DNA of 64,000 nucleotides from Macrostomum lignano (GCA_002269645.1 NIVC01002655.1:88341-152340); one strand, 5' to 3'; counted from the first letter of the stretch, positions 1 to 26,300 are shown. The notes: generated from the letters alone by a model not told the origin. Made by a program: numbers and translations.

Positions 1-612
1 GCCCAGCTTGAGTCGGACGCCGAGCTGGCCCTGGCCGGCCTGTCGGACAGTCGGCAACGCCTGGCCGAGGCCGAGGCCGCCGACCTGGTTGAGGCGGAGC
101 GCGACCGGCTGGCCGAAGAGCAGCTCGAGCTGGCGGCCGAGGAGCAACGGCTCCGCAGCGGCGGCGGCGGCGGCTCCCAGGAGGAGACCTCGGCTGACCG
201 ATGCGAGCGGCTGCTCAGAGAGATCTGGGCCGGCCTGGACTCGCTGGCCGAGCTGAGGCACGACTTGCGCGCCAACCAATCGCCGCTGGTCTGCGCCGCT
301 CACCTGGAGCGCTGCTGCCGGCAGGCGCACGCCGAGATGCAGACAGTGGAGGAGGAGCTCGGCAGGCTGGCCCAGGCCAACCAGGCTGGCGTTGACCGAC
401 TGGCCGCCGCTATGGCCCCGGCAACTGTTGATGGCGACTCTGCTGCCCAGCTGGCTGCTTGCGAGGATGTCGACGACAGCGACCTCAGCCGGGCGATGCG
501 CCTGCTGAGCTACGACTGCGCTGCGGCCGCGCTGGCCAGCGAGACTCTTGACCTGCCCGACGACCTCATGAGTGAAGGCGACTCGAGAAAATGGGACTGG
601 TACATCAGCTAG
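1..612 (+). CDS. 3' end (partial) of a coiled-coil-rich protein of unknown family
   Basis: Frame 1 is open from base 1 to TAG at 610-612 (AQLESDAELALAGL...EEELGRLAQ...KWDWYIS*). GC3-rich codons; E/L/A-rich helical composition. The 5' part lies outside the window. Confidence 0.6.
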   Translation, partial: AQLESDAELALAGLSDSRQRLAEAEAADLVEAERDRLAEEQLELAAEEQRLRSGGGGGSQEETSADRCERLLREIWAGLDSLAELRHDLRANQSPLVCAAHLERCCRQAHAEMQTVEEELGRLAQANQAGVDRLAAAMAPATVDGDSAAQLAACEDVDDSDLSRAMRLLSYDCAAAALASETLDLPDDLMSEGDSRKWDWYIS

Positions 613-654
613 GCTGCTGCCCGCTTTCGCCTTGCTGTTAATGCTGACGTACTC

Positions 655-990
655 TGGCTCCTGTGCTCCCTGCCCTGTCTATGTACATTGGCTCTTGTGC
701 TCCCTGCCCTGTCTGTGTACACTGGCTCCTCAGCACCCTCCCTGTCTGTGTACACTGGCTCCTCAGCACCCTCCCTGTCTGTGTACACTGGCTCCTCAGC
801 ACCCTCCCTGTCTGTGTACACTGGCTCCTCAGCACCCTCCCTGTCTGTGTACACTGGCTCCTCAGCACCCTCCCTGTCTGTGTACACTGGCTCCTCAGCA
901 CCCTCCCTGTCTGTGTACACTGGCTCCTCAGCACCCTCCCTGTCTGTGTACACTGGCTCCTCAGCACCCTCCCTGTCCGTGTACACTGAT
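655..990. repeat. 33-bp minisatellite just downstream of the stop codon
   Basis: Unit CTGTCTGTGTACACTGGCTCCTCAGCACCCTCC, about 8 near-perfect copies plus degenerate 5' copies. It explains the 11-aa repeat ORFs in several frames. Confidence 0.95.
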
Positions 991-1624
991 GCCCCATGCT
1001 ATTGAATTTTGAGTAACTGAGCTATTTTGCAAAAAGAGTCGAGTGAATTCTGGCTACTGGCTTAAATATCTCTTTTTAACTGTTTTCTGCAGCAAGCAAG
1101 TTGCAGTTTGGGTTTTTGAACTCCGCTAATCGCCTCGCTTGTTCTGTGTTTGTTGGGCTTTGCTTTGGTTACGAGTCAAGCAATTGCTGTCTTCATCTTT
1201 TTATTGCCTATGCCTTGTCTAACCCTATTCAAGTAGACGGTAGGAGTTTTTAGCGAATGATAATTCAAATAATTTGTTTCCAACGGATGTTTCCCGTCCA
1301 TTGCTTCTGTGATAACTCTACCGTGTAAACTGGCCTCCTACAGCAAATTGGAAATACAAATTTGAAGAGTTACCTGTTAAATTTCTAACAGAAATTGTTA
1401 ACTAAATTGAAATTTTCACTGCAGTTAAACCGCTTGCTTTATTTGTCCGATTCGCCTGCATTTAATTATTAGCAATTAAATTTAATTGCTTTGCTAATCG
1501 CCTTTGTTGGAGGCTGGAGTGGAAGGATTCGGTCTGTGCAGCGGCTGCTTGGTGGGGAGAAAAATCAGATTTAAAAAGGATAGGGTAAGAGTGAAGTGGA
1601 GAGTAGTGTGAGAAGTAAATCGGG

Positions 1625-1905
1625 AGAGAAAGAAGTAGATTGGGAGGGAGAGAAGTAGATTGGGAGGGAGGGAAGTAGATTGGGAAGGAGAAAATTAGAT
1701 TGGGGGGAGAGAAGTAGACTGGGAGGGAGAGAAGTAGACTGGGAGGGAGAGAAGTAGATTGGGAAGGAGAAAATTAGATTGGGGGGGAGAGAAGTAGATT
1801 GGGAGGGAGAGAAGTAGACTGGGAGGGAGAGAAGTAGACTGGGAGGGAGAGAAGTAGACTAAGAGGGAGAGAAGTAGAGTGGGAGGGAGAGAAGTAGAAT
1901 GGAAA
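1625..1905. repeat. 20-bp purine-rich minisatellite
   Basis: Unit GGGAGGGAGAGAAGTAGA(T/C)T repeated about 14 times. Confidence 0.9.
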
Positions 1906-2835
1906 GGAGAAAATGTGGAATGAACGATAGAATACGAGAAAAATAGAAAAGCATTCTGAGCAAAAGTCCTTTGGTTGCACAGTGCGGTGCACAATGTGAA
2001 AAGTGGCTATTTTTCAATGCCCATCCCATCGAGAATTCTCATTCGGGAAATGTTGGCATCTCCCTCATCTCCAATCCCTGAGCCGCTTGAACAAAGCACT
2101 TTGTGCCATTTAATCCTGGCCTCCCCGTTTGATTAATTAGCATTTTATTGAAAGAGACTTGGTCTCGGACCCAGCTACCTCTGTAGCTTTGTTCTGTCTT
2201 CTGCCTGTCTCTATCTTCCCAATTTGTGTCTCAGTTGTGTTCCCATTGTTGGCCCTAGCAACCAACTAAACCGTTAGGGGGCAGAGAGCGAGCGCATGGG
2301 ATCGGTTGGGAGCTTTTCGCTTGACTTCTTGCGCAGGCTTTTGGGCGAGGCCAGCTTAGCAGCCACATCCCCGCAGCATCCCCACAGGACTATTGTTTTA
2401 CCTTGATAGATGACTGTCGGTTCCGCTCTGCGCTCCCAGCTCGGGCCCCGACCCCTCCTCACCCCCTTGGTTACTGCCAATGGGCAGTTCTGACTTTTCA
2501 GATATTTTTCCTTGTCGGGAATTTGCCTACTGGACGTGCTCGAGTGGGCTCGGTTTGTAGCTACTGGTTGCTAGGGCTGTGGGCTTTTGTTGACGTGGAG
2601 ACCGGTTCCCCACCCCCCCTGGCTCAATCAAAGGGAGACTGAGGCCCTTCCCTCCCCTGTCCGTGTCTCCTGTCTTCTCTACTTAAGAGCTGTCGGCGGG
2701 GCAAGTCTCGTTTTTCGCTTTCCCATTTAGACTGTCAATTTGATTTGAGCAGTATCTGTGAGCTCACTTCTCCCGGGACCTGCAGGCATCTTTGACGCAT
2801 CGAAGGCTGACTAGTCATTGATTTGAGAGTGAACC

Positions 2836-8591
<5,756 letters not shown>

Positions 8592-9049
8592 ACTGTGGCA
8601 GCGAGGACAGATATACTACTCATCAACAATCACTTTGGTAAAAGAAGGCGTGTTATGGAATCTACTTATTTTTCTTGAAATTTTCTATAACTACTAAAGG
8701 ATTAAAAATCAACCTAATTAACTAAAATTTGAATCGAACTTAACTATTTTCCTGTCATATACCTACTCCCTGTGATAAATGCGAGTTTTTTTCCTAAAAC
8801 ACACTCTTTTCAAGTTACTTGAATCATTATTTTGGAACATCGATTTTGAACTGCAAACAGCTGATAAATTCTATTTTCTGGATGCGTCATTCCTATGAAA
8901 TCAAATATACCTTGTTTATCAAATTGTTGTGGAAAAATCTGTACAATAAAATCAAACATTTAACGAATCTCCCCTTCTTATCCTTCTGATCCGCACTCAT
9001 GCTTGCGTTTGATGTGACGGGGTTTTAATTATGTAAACTGGTTCTAGAG

Positions 9050-9755
9050 TTTTTACTGCCGGAAATTTGACTGCCGGACATTTGACTGCCGGACATTTGT
9101 CTGCCGGACATTTGATTGCCGGACATTTGTCTGCCGGACATTTGACTGCCGGACATTTGTCTGCCGGACATTTGACTGCCGGACATTTGACTGCCGGACA
9201 TTTGATTGCCGGACATTTGACTGCCAGCGACTTTGTCTGCCGGACATTTGACTGCCGGACATTTGTCTGCCGGACATTTGACTGCCGGACATTTGATTGC
9301 CGGATATTTGATTGCCGGACATTTGACTGCCAGCGACTTTGTCTGCCGGACATTTGACTGCCGGACATTTGTCTGCCGGACATTTGACTGCCGGACATTT
9401 GTCTGCCGGACATTTGACTGCCGGACATTTGACTGTCGGACATTTGACTGCCGGACATTTGACTGCCGGACGTTTGTCTGCCGGACATTTGACTGCCAGC
9501 GACTTTGTCTGCCGGACATTTGACTGCCGGACATTTGTCTGCCGGACATTTGACTGCCGGACATTTGATTGCCGGACATTTGATTGCCGGACATTTGACT
9601 GCCAGCGACTTTGTCTGCCGGACATTTGACTGCCGGACATTTGACTGCCGGACATTTGACTGCCGGACATTTGACTGCCGGACATTTGACTGCCGGACAT
9701 TTGACTGCCGGACATTTGACTGCCGGACATTTGACTGCCAGCGACTTTGTCTGCC
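9050..9755. repeat. 15-bp minisatellite with periodic spacer
   Basis: Unit GACATTTGACTGCCG, interrupted five times by GACTGCCAGCGACTTTGTCTGCC. It explains the MSGSQ/SNVRQ/VKCPA ORFs. Confidence 0.93.
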
Positions 9756-10089
9756 TCCTACACTCAAAAGTCGCTGACAGTCAAAGGTTCTGTGCGAACA
9801 GGTGGGGGAGTTTTTTAAAATAGACACACGTGTGAGAGCTATCGCTAAAAATTTTCTCTTAAAGCTTTTTTGAGTCCTGGAATTTTCTGCTTGTTAGCGA
9901 CTGAATTTATTTATTGATTCCCATCTACCACTGCGAGCAGCTGACAAGACACAGCCGACCATGTGCTCAACATGGCACCATCGGGTTAATCAATTCGGTG
10001 GCTTGCAATGCGAATGACAGCGAGGCAAGCGCTAACAGCAGCGGTTTGTTTGAACTGGCTTGGGTGCCGGATGGTAGGCCGGAACCGCC

Positions 10090-10581
10090 GAGAAAGTAGC
10101 TGTATGAGCCGTGAGTCAGCGAGCTTCGACAGTCCAGCATCTGTGCTGCATCTCTGACGGGCAAAACTCCAGCTGACTGACTCATTCGTGACCACCTTGT
10201 ACGAGGTGCCGTGTCTCGTGTGCTCGTATCCGGTCGGACACAGGCGACCCGGAGGTACGCCGGGCAGAGACCTCACATACACAGTCACCTGATGAGTGCA
10301 GCTCGGCACAGACTGCACACGATGACTGCACGCATCGAACAGGAACAGCTTGCACTGACAGGCTCCAGCTGTCAGCACTGAGAAGGCCTGACACTTGTCC
10401 TTCCTAGCGCAGTCGAGGCTGCATTCGAGCGGAGTGCACAGACCGGACACGATGCTGGTGAAGTCGGAGCTCACGCAGTCCAGTCCGGTGGTTCGGTGGA
10501 ATTTCAGCCTGGCAGAGCTGCAGGACTCGGACAGCACCGCGGGGACCAGAACAGCCACACGCAGAGTTGCAGAATTTGCAT
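10090..10581 (-). pseudogene. Truncated/frameshifted paralog of the PAN-like + C-type lectin gene at 32903-33667
   Basis: Very high similarity to the 33-kb gene from AVLSESCS to LSKLAD. ATG at 10581 is out of frame with the body (1 nt short in the signal peptide). After LAD about 18 codons are missing, YFLGG appears in another frame, and the lectin C-terminal half is absent. Confidence 0.75.
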
Positions 10582-10819
10582 CTGGAGCAGAATAAAATCC
10601 TTTGCTAAAGCAGCTTCTATGGACTTTAGAAATCCACTTAACCTATGAAACCGTCGCATATGATGCGGCGTAGTTGAACTCTTCACAAGTTTAGTTTTTT
10701 AGTTAGAGACATGAGGGGCCGGGGTGTGTACCCTGGCGCCAGGGTTCAAGCGACATTGTCACACAACCGGCGAGAAGCATTAATGCTCATTCCGCCGACT
10801 CTAATCCCACGGTAGTACA

Positions 10820-11031
10820 ACAGGACGTAAAACTCAAAGATCGTGTAATTTTTTAGGGCTCATTTCCTGAAAAAATTCACTGCAGAGATCTGAGGAAGTG
10901 AAGATTTCACTAAATTTCAAACACTCACAAGTGACATCAACTTCACTTTTTGTTCCTTTCCTGCATGCAGTGTATTATTTCCAGGAATTGGACCTCCAAA
11001 AGTTACACGATCATTCAGTTTTACGTCCTGT
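10820..11031. mobile_element. Short MITE-like inverted repeat, relative of the 57.6-kb element
   Basis: ACAGGACGTAAAACTCAAAGATCGTGTAA at 10820 and its inverse TTACACGATCATTCAGTTTTACGTCCTGT ending at 11031. The same motif lies in the TIRs at 57.6/58.6 kb. No TSD seen. Confidence 0.7.
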
Positions 11032-11388
11032 AACAAGAAAATTGATCGATTTTTTAGTAGCAACAGGAGCAAATTCGACCAGAAAGTTTCTGTTAGTAAC
11101 GACTTTAATTAATTATTCAGACATTTTACCGTTGATTCAGTTTGAAAAGACTGAGGGAAGTAGAGTTTAGTTGCTAAGGCCTGATCAATCCTGATGACTT
11201 GAATTCCCCAGATACCTCTGTTAACAATCGATAGCAAGTGTTCAGTCAGTAGTTAACAGAATTAATTATGCAAACGAGTCGCTTCATCAGGCGCTCCAAA
11301 AGCAGCTGGACTTTATCAGTTGCCTAATTAAGGGAAGAAAGCATATGGCCCTGGGCAATGGCTTAATTTGGCGTATGTAGTACACTGC

Positions 11389-11645
<257 letters not shown>

Positions 11646-12009
11646 CTATCTACAGGCAATTCAGGGCCTGAGTTCCCAAATTTCCTGGCAGGTGTCCTGC
11701 GGCGCCCCAGATATGCATTATTCATTATTCAGGCCCAGCTTTGCATTGTGGAAGCAGAAGAGAAACTCGCGGGAAACCCTGCAGCTAAGATGCCGCAGCC
11801 TCACGTGTCTCAGGGGATCTGAGTTTGCAGGCCTGACAAACAATACTTTGAACAGCAAATGGAGATGGGAGGTGAAGCCAGCTCAACTTTCTAAGAGAGG
11901 CGGGTTGGGTTGAATAGTTGAGTGTTGCCCATGCTTAGCGACTTTGTGGACTTCACACCTGCTCTGCTCTCCTTTCTTCTTTGTGCTATTTAGTCTGCCT
12001 GAGTGCCTG

Positions 12010-12662
<653 letters not shown>

Positions 12663-13403
12663 CTGTCCCCACTAGTTGCAAATTAAAGTCTGCAAGTCAG
12701 CAGTGAAGCCTCACTGAGGCCAGAAATCGCCAAGTTAGTCCAGTACTTATATAGAGACCCAGCAGCATCCTTCTCCATCATGCGCTCCCCCAAGTGACCG
12801 TCCAAAATCCTGACGAGCCCCTGCAGGGACTTGCAAAACTTGCCAGGGGAGGCTGCGGCAAGCCGTGAGGTAGGCGCAATTTGATAAGCCAGTCTCCTTC
12901 ATCAAGGCGCTCACGCAGTCTCCAGTCCGTTCTTCATTACAACCTGTTCAAGACACGCGCTCTCTCCCGCTTCCTTCTGTCGCTTCCCTACCCTCAGTCT
13001 TTTTCTTCTAGCAGCCTCTTTTTGTTTATCCTTTTGCAAGCAGGCAAAACTGTTGACTGAAGGCGGTCCCAGGCTCCCTGGGAAGGGCAGGGCTTGGGGG
13101 GGGATTTAAACACGGATTATCCCAAGACAGGAGAATGGGATAAACTGTTATTCCCAGAAACAGTGGCTGTGTTTTTTTCTACTGCATGAAATTTTTGCTT
13201 CGGTCATGATCTGCAGAGGCCTCTCGGCCCTGCTGGAACAGCTGCGAATGATCAAGTACAGCCCGAATGCACTGCATGCCTACAGTTTGCGCTGGGGCGC
13301 GCATGCGTTTGCAACTGCACGCGGAAAAGCACGTGTTCACTCCGGCTGAAATATTCATGTCTAAATTGGGGCTCGAATGCTGCTGTGCGGGCGTAGGTAT
13401 TGA

Positions 13404-15172
13404 CTGTTAGATAGAGACACAGCCTGTTAGATAGAGACACAGCCTGTTAGACACAGACACAGCCTGTTAGACACAGACACAGCCTGTTAGATAGAGACAC
13501 AGCCTGTTAGACAGAGATACAGCCTGTTAGATAGAGACACAGCCTGTTAGACACAGACACAGCCTGTTAGATAGAGACACAGCCTGTTAGATAGAGACAC
13601 AGCCTGTTAGATAGAGACACAGCCTGTTAGACACAGACACAGCCTGTTAGACACAGACACAGCCTGTTAGACAGAGACACAGCCTGTTAGACAGAGACAC
13701 AGCCTGTTAGACAGAGACACAGCCTGACAGAGACACAGCCTGTTAGACAGAGACACAGCCTATTAGACAGAGACCTGTTAGACAGAGACACAGCCTGTTA
13801 GACAGAGACACAGCCTGTTAGACAGAGATACAGTCTGTTTAGACAGAGACACAGCCTGTTAGATAGAGACACAGACTGTTAGATAGAGACACAGCCTGTT
13901 AGATAGAGACACAGCCTGTTAGATAGAGACACAGCCTGTTAGATAGAGACACAGCCTGTTAGATAGAGACACAGCCTGTTAGACACAGACACAGCCTGTT
14001 AGACACAGACACAGCCTGTTAGACACAGACACAGCCTGTTAGACACAGACACAGCCTGTTAGACAGAGACACAGCCTGTTAGACAGAGACACAGCCTGTT
14101 AGACAGAGACACAGCCTGACAGAGACACAGCCTGTTAGACAGAGACACAGCCTGTTAGACAGAGACACAGCCTGTTAGATAGAGACACAGCCTGTTAGAC
14201 ACAGACACAGCCTGACAGAGACACAGCCTGTTAGACAGAGACACAGCCTGTTAGACAGAGACACAGCCTGTTAGATAGAGACACAGCCTGTTAGATAGAG
14301 ATACAGCCTGTTAGATAGACACACAGCCTGTTAGATAGAGACACAGCCTGTTAGACACAGACACAGCCTGTTAGACAGAGACACAGCCTGTTAGATAGAG
14401 ACACAGCCTGTTAGATAGAGACACAGCCTGTTAGATAGAGACACAGCCTGTTAGATAGAGACACAGCCTGTTAGATAGAGACACAGCCTGTTAGATAGAG
14501 ACACAGCCTGTTAGATAGAGACACAGCCTGTTAGATAGAGACACAGCCTGTTAGATAGAGACACAGCCTGTTAGATAGAGACACAGCCTGTTAGATAGAG
14601 ACACAGCCTGTTAGATAGAGACACAGCCTGTTAGATAGAGACACAGCCTGTTAGATAGAGACACAGCCTGTTAGACACAGACACAGCCTGTTAGACAGAG
14701 ACACAGCCTATTAGACAGAGACACAGTCTGTTAGACACAGACACAGCCTGTTAGACAGAGACACAGCCTGTTAGACAGAGACACAGTCTGTTAGACAGAG
14801 ACACAGCCTGTTAGACACAGACACAGCCTATTAGACAGAGACACAGCCTGTTAGACACAGACACAGCCTGTTAGATAAAGACATAGCCTGTTAGACACAG
14901 ACACAGCCTGTTAGACACAGACACAGCCTGTTAGATAGAGACACAGCCTGTTAGATAAAGACACAGCCTGTTAGACAGAGACACAGCCTGTTAGACAGAG
15001 ACACAGCCTGTTAGAAAGAGACACAGCCTATTAGACAGAGACACAGCCTGTTAGACACAGACACAGCCTGTTAGACAGAGACACAGCCTGTTAGAAAGAG
15101 ACACAGCCTATTAGACAGAGACACAGCCTGTTAGACACAGACACAGCCTGTTAGACAGAGACACAGCCTGTC
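13404..15172. repeat. 20-bp minisatellite, about 1.8 kb
   Basis: Unit CTGTTAGA(T/C)A(G/C)AGACACAGC, roughly 85-90 copies. Confidence 0.95.
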
Positions 15173-15712
15173 AGAAATCGATTCGCTCAGAGATGGGATA
15201 TCAAGTGAGTGGCGATCGATGAATAAGAAAGAAAAGCAGCACAAAAACTCGCCCTTCCCTCCTATAGGGTTCAGTCTACTTTGTAAGCCTCCTTATCTCC
15301 GTGACGGGCTCTGTTTTCCTCAAGTTGACAGTAGGAGATGCCCCATCAGTCCCGGGGCATCAAGGCTATACCAATGCTAGGAATTCATTCTGTCCTCTGA
15401 AGGCTTCCTACTGAGCTTCCCTGGCCGCCTAAGGGATTAGAGGAGCTGGGCAATTCTCCCATGTCACGTGTCCCGCAGGACAAGATGACTCAGAAAGGCT
15501 TCCCGAGATCCCAACTTTTTCTACATCTCCCTGGCCAGGGGCAGCCAATCCGGCCTCCTTCAGAGGGGAGTTGTGGCAGCCCCCCCCATGCAGCTTCATC
15601 TGCAGCTGCCACCAGCAAACTCTCGCTGTTGCCACAGCCCTCTTTTTCAAAACCTCTCTTCAACACTTTGAAGGCTGAACAGTGAAGCTTTGAAAAGTTT
15701 CTTTCAGGTCGA

Positions 15713-21551
<5,839 letters not shown>

Positions 21552-21834
21552 GCAGTGCGAGTTGATCACAGAGCATCCTCATAAACTAACTTGGACCATA
21601 CTGGACATTGGCTTGTCAAATACACAAGATTCCTATATTGCGTAAGCGCTTGCAGGCTTTTTTTAACGCTCGCTCTCTCTATCGAGCATGTTTACCATAA
21701 ATCTCTACCATTATTTCATCTGAGGCTCGCTGTCATTTTGGTCTAAATATATCCGGCCTAGTGAAAAAACATGTACTTTTCAATGTCATGCAATACAAGG
21801 TATTTGCCTTGTTTACCTTGCAATACAGGTATAA

Positions 21835-22130
21835 GGGGTTGTAGCCTTAGTGGTTAGAGCGTCGGAATCACGACTGAAAGGTCGCGTGTTCGATTCCCGA
21901 TCCCACTCAGAACAATTTGTGTCCTTGAGCAAGACACTTAACTCTGCATTGCTTCAGTTCACCCAGCTGTAAAATGGGTGCCAGCATTAGCTGGGGTAAT
22001 TGAGGGTGTGTGTGGCGACCCCCCAGTCCTTGGACTGAACAGCCGTACGCAGCCTTCAGATGCGCCGCGCAATAGCTGCGGCTGAGCTGTCGGTCTGCCC
22101 GATTGGGGCAGGTGTAATCAATTGCCCGGC
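21835..22130 (+). mobile_element. tRNA-derived SINE with CORE-like domain
   Basis: A-box-like TAGCCTTAGTGG and B-box-like GTTCGATTCC, followed by TGTGTCCTTGAGCAAGACACTTAAC...CAGTTCACCCAGCTGTAAAATGGG, which resembles the MIR/CORE consensus. The 3' boundary is approximate. Confidence 0.75.
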
Positions 22131-22298
22131 AAGAATTTTCGAACACATGATTTTTGCTGCCAAGATTAGTCAATTCAAAAAAGGTTCTTCTTAAACTTTT
22201 CAGACCTTGCCTGTATAATTTTAGGACATTTGAACAATGTACCATAGATTACGAACAAAAAGGAACAACACTTTGTGGAGGGAATAACTTATGGGTAG

Positions 22299-22584
22299 TG
22301 TTTGGGAGGTAGATTAGTAGCATTGATTTTCTTTCCAATTCCACTGCGTGATTTAATGTACGTGTTTATTATTCAATTTTCTATGTACGCTGATTTAGCC
22401 CAGGCCCATCTCACCCACCCCCCTCCACGCTGGCTGATTCTGACTGACTGCAATAAATATATCATCGAGAGGGCTTATTAGCCCTGTGTACGGTTTACGC
22501 TTTTCGTTTTGTTAGCGTCTCGCTTGAGCCTCAGCTCCAAAATAGTTATTGGCGGACCATCGGTCTTTTCATTTCTATAGTACA
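22299..22584 (+). repeat. 5' LTR (286 bp)
   Basis: TGTTTGGGAGG...CTATAGTACA. No difference from the 3' LTR seen by eye. Confidence 0.97.
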
Positions 22585-22587
22585 TTT

Positions 22588-22599
22588 TGGTAGCAGAGC
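22588..22599 (+). promoter_or_regulatory. Primer-binding site complementary to initiator tRNA-Met
   Basis: TGGTAGCAGAGC, 3 nt after the 5' LTR. Confidence 0.8.
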
Positions 22600-22670
22600 G
22601 TGGTTGGACAAGCCTAACTTACCACTGACGTGGCAAGCAATAGAACCCTACTGTGAAACGAAGGACCAGG

Positions 22671-23323
22671 ATGGACAGTGACGACGCCAATGAGCAGCAG
22701 CAGCAGGAAGCCCAAGACGATGCCGGCGCCCTACGTTTAGAGAAGCTGCGCTTCGAGAAATCCCGAAAAAAAGCAGCGTTCACTCGTTGCAAAAACAAGC
22801 TGTCTTGGCTGTTAAAGACGCACGCCTCTGATGACGAAGTGCAAGTTGCCTGTGACGCTCTGTCAGACCTGCAAGATCTGGTCAGCGCCATCCAGGAAGA
22901 ACTGCATGAAGGCTACGCCGACGCCAAGGACAACGAGAGGCGACAGCGCCTACTAGACGAAATGGAGGAGACGGAGCGCGACTACCAAGCTGCCATGCAG
23001 CGCGTCGAAAGCGCCAGAAACCGGAGATTGCAGCGCGCCAAAGAAGCTCCTCCTGCCGCGAGCTCAAGCGGTGAGAACGCTGCGGGTGACCAAGAAGAAG
23101 CAGCTGGTGAGTTACACAAACTTTCTGGCAGTGCTGCGTCCAGCAAAGGATCCAACCCGAAGGAGCTTTCAAAGGATTTGTGGAAGATGCTGAAGCGTGT
23201 TGAAATCCCAACGTTTAGTGGAGAAAAGCAGAAGTATGAAAACTGGAAGGCAGCCTTTGTTGCGTGCATCGACAGCGCCCCTGCAACACCAGAATTCAAG
23301 TTGCTGCAGCTTAGGCAGTACCT
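22671..23323 (+). pseudogene. BEL gag N-terminal part, interrupted by a DNA transposon
   Basis: MDSDDANE...IPTFSGEKQKYENWKAAF...LLQLRQYL. It joins in frame to SGEALKVIEHL at 27124 once the insert and one TSD copy are removed. Confidence 0.9.
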
Positions 23324-26300
23324 GGGTCGTTCTCAAAGCTAGGTCACAACTTTTTGTTATTGCAAAAAAAGTTTATACATCGACCAATAATCGTACAAAA
23401 AAAATTCTTTCGACAATTTCTGTAAGAAGCTGCTACTAAAACCACAAGAAAACTTGAAATTGAGAAGAAATCAAGGCTATTTGTTATTCTTTGTTGCGGA
23501 AAATAAACGACAAAAATATTAAACAGAAAATAAAATGTTCTTCCATTTTTATTTTAAATATGCAGTTAAATTTCTTTTGCAAAAATAAAAGAACAAGAAA
23601 TTGACAAAGGAAATGTTTTTGAGCACAGCATTTTGTTACTCTGCTCTAAATCCCAGACATTTAAAATTATCGTGTGCGAAAAAGTGCGAAATTATTATAG
23701 CATGCACTCGAAAGAACTTCGATCAGTTTAACTAATCACTGAATTAAGAAGTCTAAATAAGTCTTGAAAGGTTGAATTAAAAATCAAGTTTTCACTATGT
23801 ATCTTTTCAAAGGCAAGATGATTCGACAAATAAAGAATGTTCATTTTTACCTTGAATAGAATTGTTCATTTTTACATTAAATATAATAAAATCTAACTAA
23901 TAATAGAAAAAGTCAGGGAACTATCCTTGAAAACCAAAAAGCAAATTGTGGATTTAATATCGACTGCATGTTCCTTAATAAAGGAATTCGGATACTAGTA
24001 TATATTTGATTATTTGTAGCATAATTTCTGAAAACTATAACTTGCTTGATTTTACTTTAAGTACTCATTACATTAATACTTATACCAAAGCTACATGTAC
24101 TTAAAATAAAAAATCATAGTTACTTATTAGACATTTTACTCCAATTAACCTAAAATAATTCAAATTTATTTTAATTAATTCATTTTTTGAAACTTTTTGG
24201 AAAATAGACAAAATTGAATTATTTAATTACCAAAAACCTACTAGCTTAACTGAAATAGCAATTAGTCTTTAAGAAAAGATTTCACTTGTTAATTGAGAAA
24301 AATGAGGATGTGCGAGGTGTAAAAATGCGAAAGAGCATGCAGGAAACAGAGACAAACAAAAATGTAGGTAAAAGACACTGCACATGCACATAATATGATA
24401 ACCAGACATAATGCGCACACTGAAACACCAGTAGCAATGACGCCCAAGCTTTTGATGATCACAAGCGAAAAGGCAAAACCCAGCCATCAATCAAAGAAGT
24501 AGACTTTAGCACGCATCTTGAGTGCATCACGCATTTTTTGCAGAGAAGCTCGAAAATTAACATTTATTCTGTGCACAACCACCAACTGCGACAGGGTCTG
24601 CCAGGGGATTTGTGGGCACGCGGTCGCGGATACAAATCGGAGGAGTCGCTGACCATTCTGAAATTACAAGCTAGTACATGTAATTTTGTGTATTAATATA
24701 TTTAGCCCGCTTTATTTCTATGCTCTCGTCCGCCTCTCGTTAATGCATCCCCAGACTCATGCAGTAATCAAACTTATGATCGAACTATGCATGGCTTCCG
24801 TCCCTCGCTTTGAATCTCTCACCTCCCCATAGTTCCATCAACCTTACCGTAGTGGCTTCCTATGCAAAAATCATCCCTCCGCATCTTACACAGGCTACTT
24901 CAGGCTGTAGACTGTACTACACTATTAATTAGTTGCGCTAAGGAATCTACATGTATTTGCTCGCAGCGCAGCGCGCTGCTCAAATAAGTTTAGATCTATC
25001 TAGATATTCTAGTAATTTCAGGTTTGTCCATAGACTAGAGCTCATGAGATGAGAATTCAATAAACTAGTACATTTAATATGAATGAACTGCGTGTGTGTG
25101 TGCTGTGCATACATATGTATAATATACGAGTAGTTTATGGGCCAAATTATTGTGTGGCACAATTCTTGGCATCACTCAGCAGGCACAAGATGCAGTTAAG
25201 CAGCGCACGAAAATTCTACAAAAGAAATTGAGCCTGGTTGAGATGATGCGAGGAGGCAGATCCACACAATCTCAGTGAATACACCAGACTGCACCAGATA
25301 CGAGTCCAGTCGAATGTGCGCACTGGTCTAAGCAGCACACGCATGTCCTCCTGACAATGACGGCACCTAGCTTCGTCCAAGCCTTTGCCAGCGTCACTGA
25401 CAGCGTCAATACTACCATGCAGTGCCACCTGCAGCACCGACAACGGCAATTCCTCCAGTTAGCCCACAACAGTGGCTAAACTGAGGGACAGGGAACCTAC
25501 CCGCAGAAGACACACACATACACACACAGCACCGGCAGCAGCACTCTGACAGCATAACCTAAAGCTCCATGAGCTCAGTTTTCAAGCATTGAAGAAGCAG
25601 AAGCAGTCATCTTGGATCCAGGGATCAGGAAGAGTGTTGCATGTCCGACATGTGCTGTTTCCGTGGCAAAAGGTGATGGAGCAAATTAATCAACACTTAC
25701 TATCTAGCTCGTATTAAGACTAAAAAACTGAGGCAAGCTGGGATTAAACTAAAGAATTTTTTTTACTATACTTTTTTACCATATACTTTTACTATACTTC
25801 TATAGTATAGTAGAGAGGTACTCTATTTAAATGCAGTAAGAAGTGAAACAAATTTATATATTTAATTATTAAATTAAATTAATTCAAGGTAAATAACTAA
25901 TTTAACCAATTTATTAGGAGTATTTAATATTATAATAAATTGATTTTTATACCTTACACGAAATAAGCTCTACATTCATTTCTTAGCTTGGGGCCCATCT
26001 GTATAAGGTCAGTTTCTTCAAAATGCTGATTAATTAATTAAGGCCTGTTGTCTTTACTTAAATTTATAAGGGCATCTTAGAAGTTAATATTACTATATAA
26101 TACATGTATAATATTATTACTGTATTATAATAATATAGTTGCAATTTTAATGACTATTGAATAAGTCTAAATGCTTCCCCTATTGACTCTAAATACATGG
26201 TATCTTTCCCTTCAGAAAAAATTAGCATAGAATGACTTGATGAAAACAAAAAAAATCATTTCGAGATACACATTTGCTGATCATTCAGGTCAAATTTCAA

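Noticed and set aside
11690-11913. VSCGAP... ORF as an extra sushi exon of the LEV-9-like gene
   Set aside because: It lies upstream of the signal-peptide exon and lacks proper CCP Cys/Trp spacing.
21835-21910. Functional tRNA gene
   Set aside because: A and B boxes are present but there is no proper acceptor stem, and it runs directly into a CORE-like SINE body.
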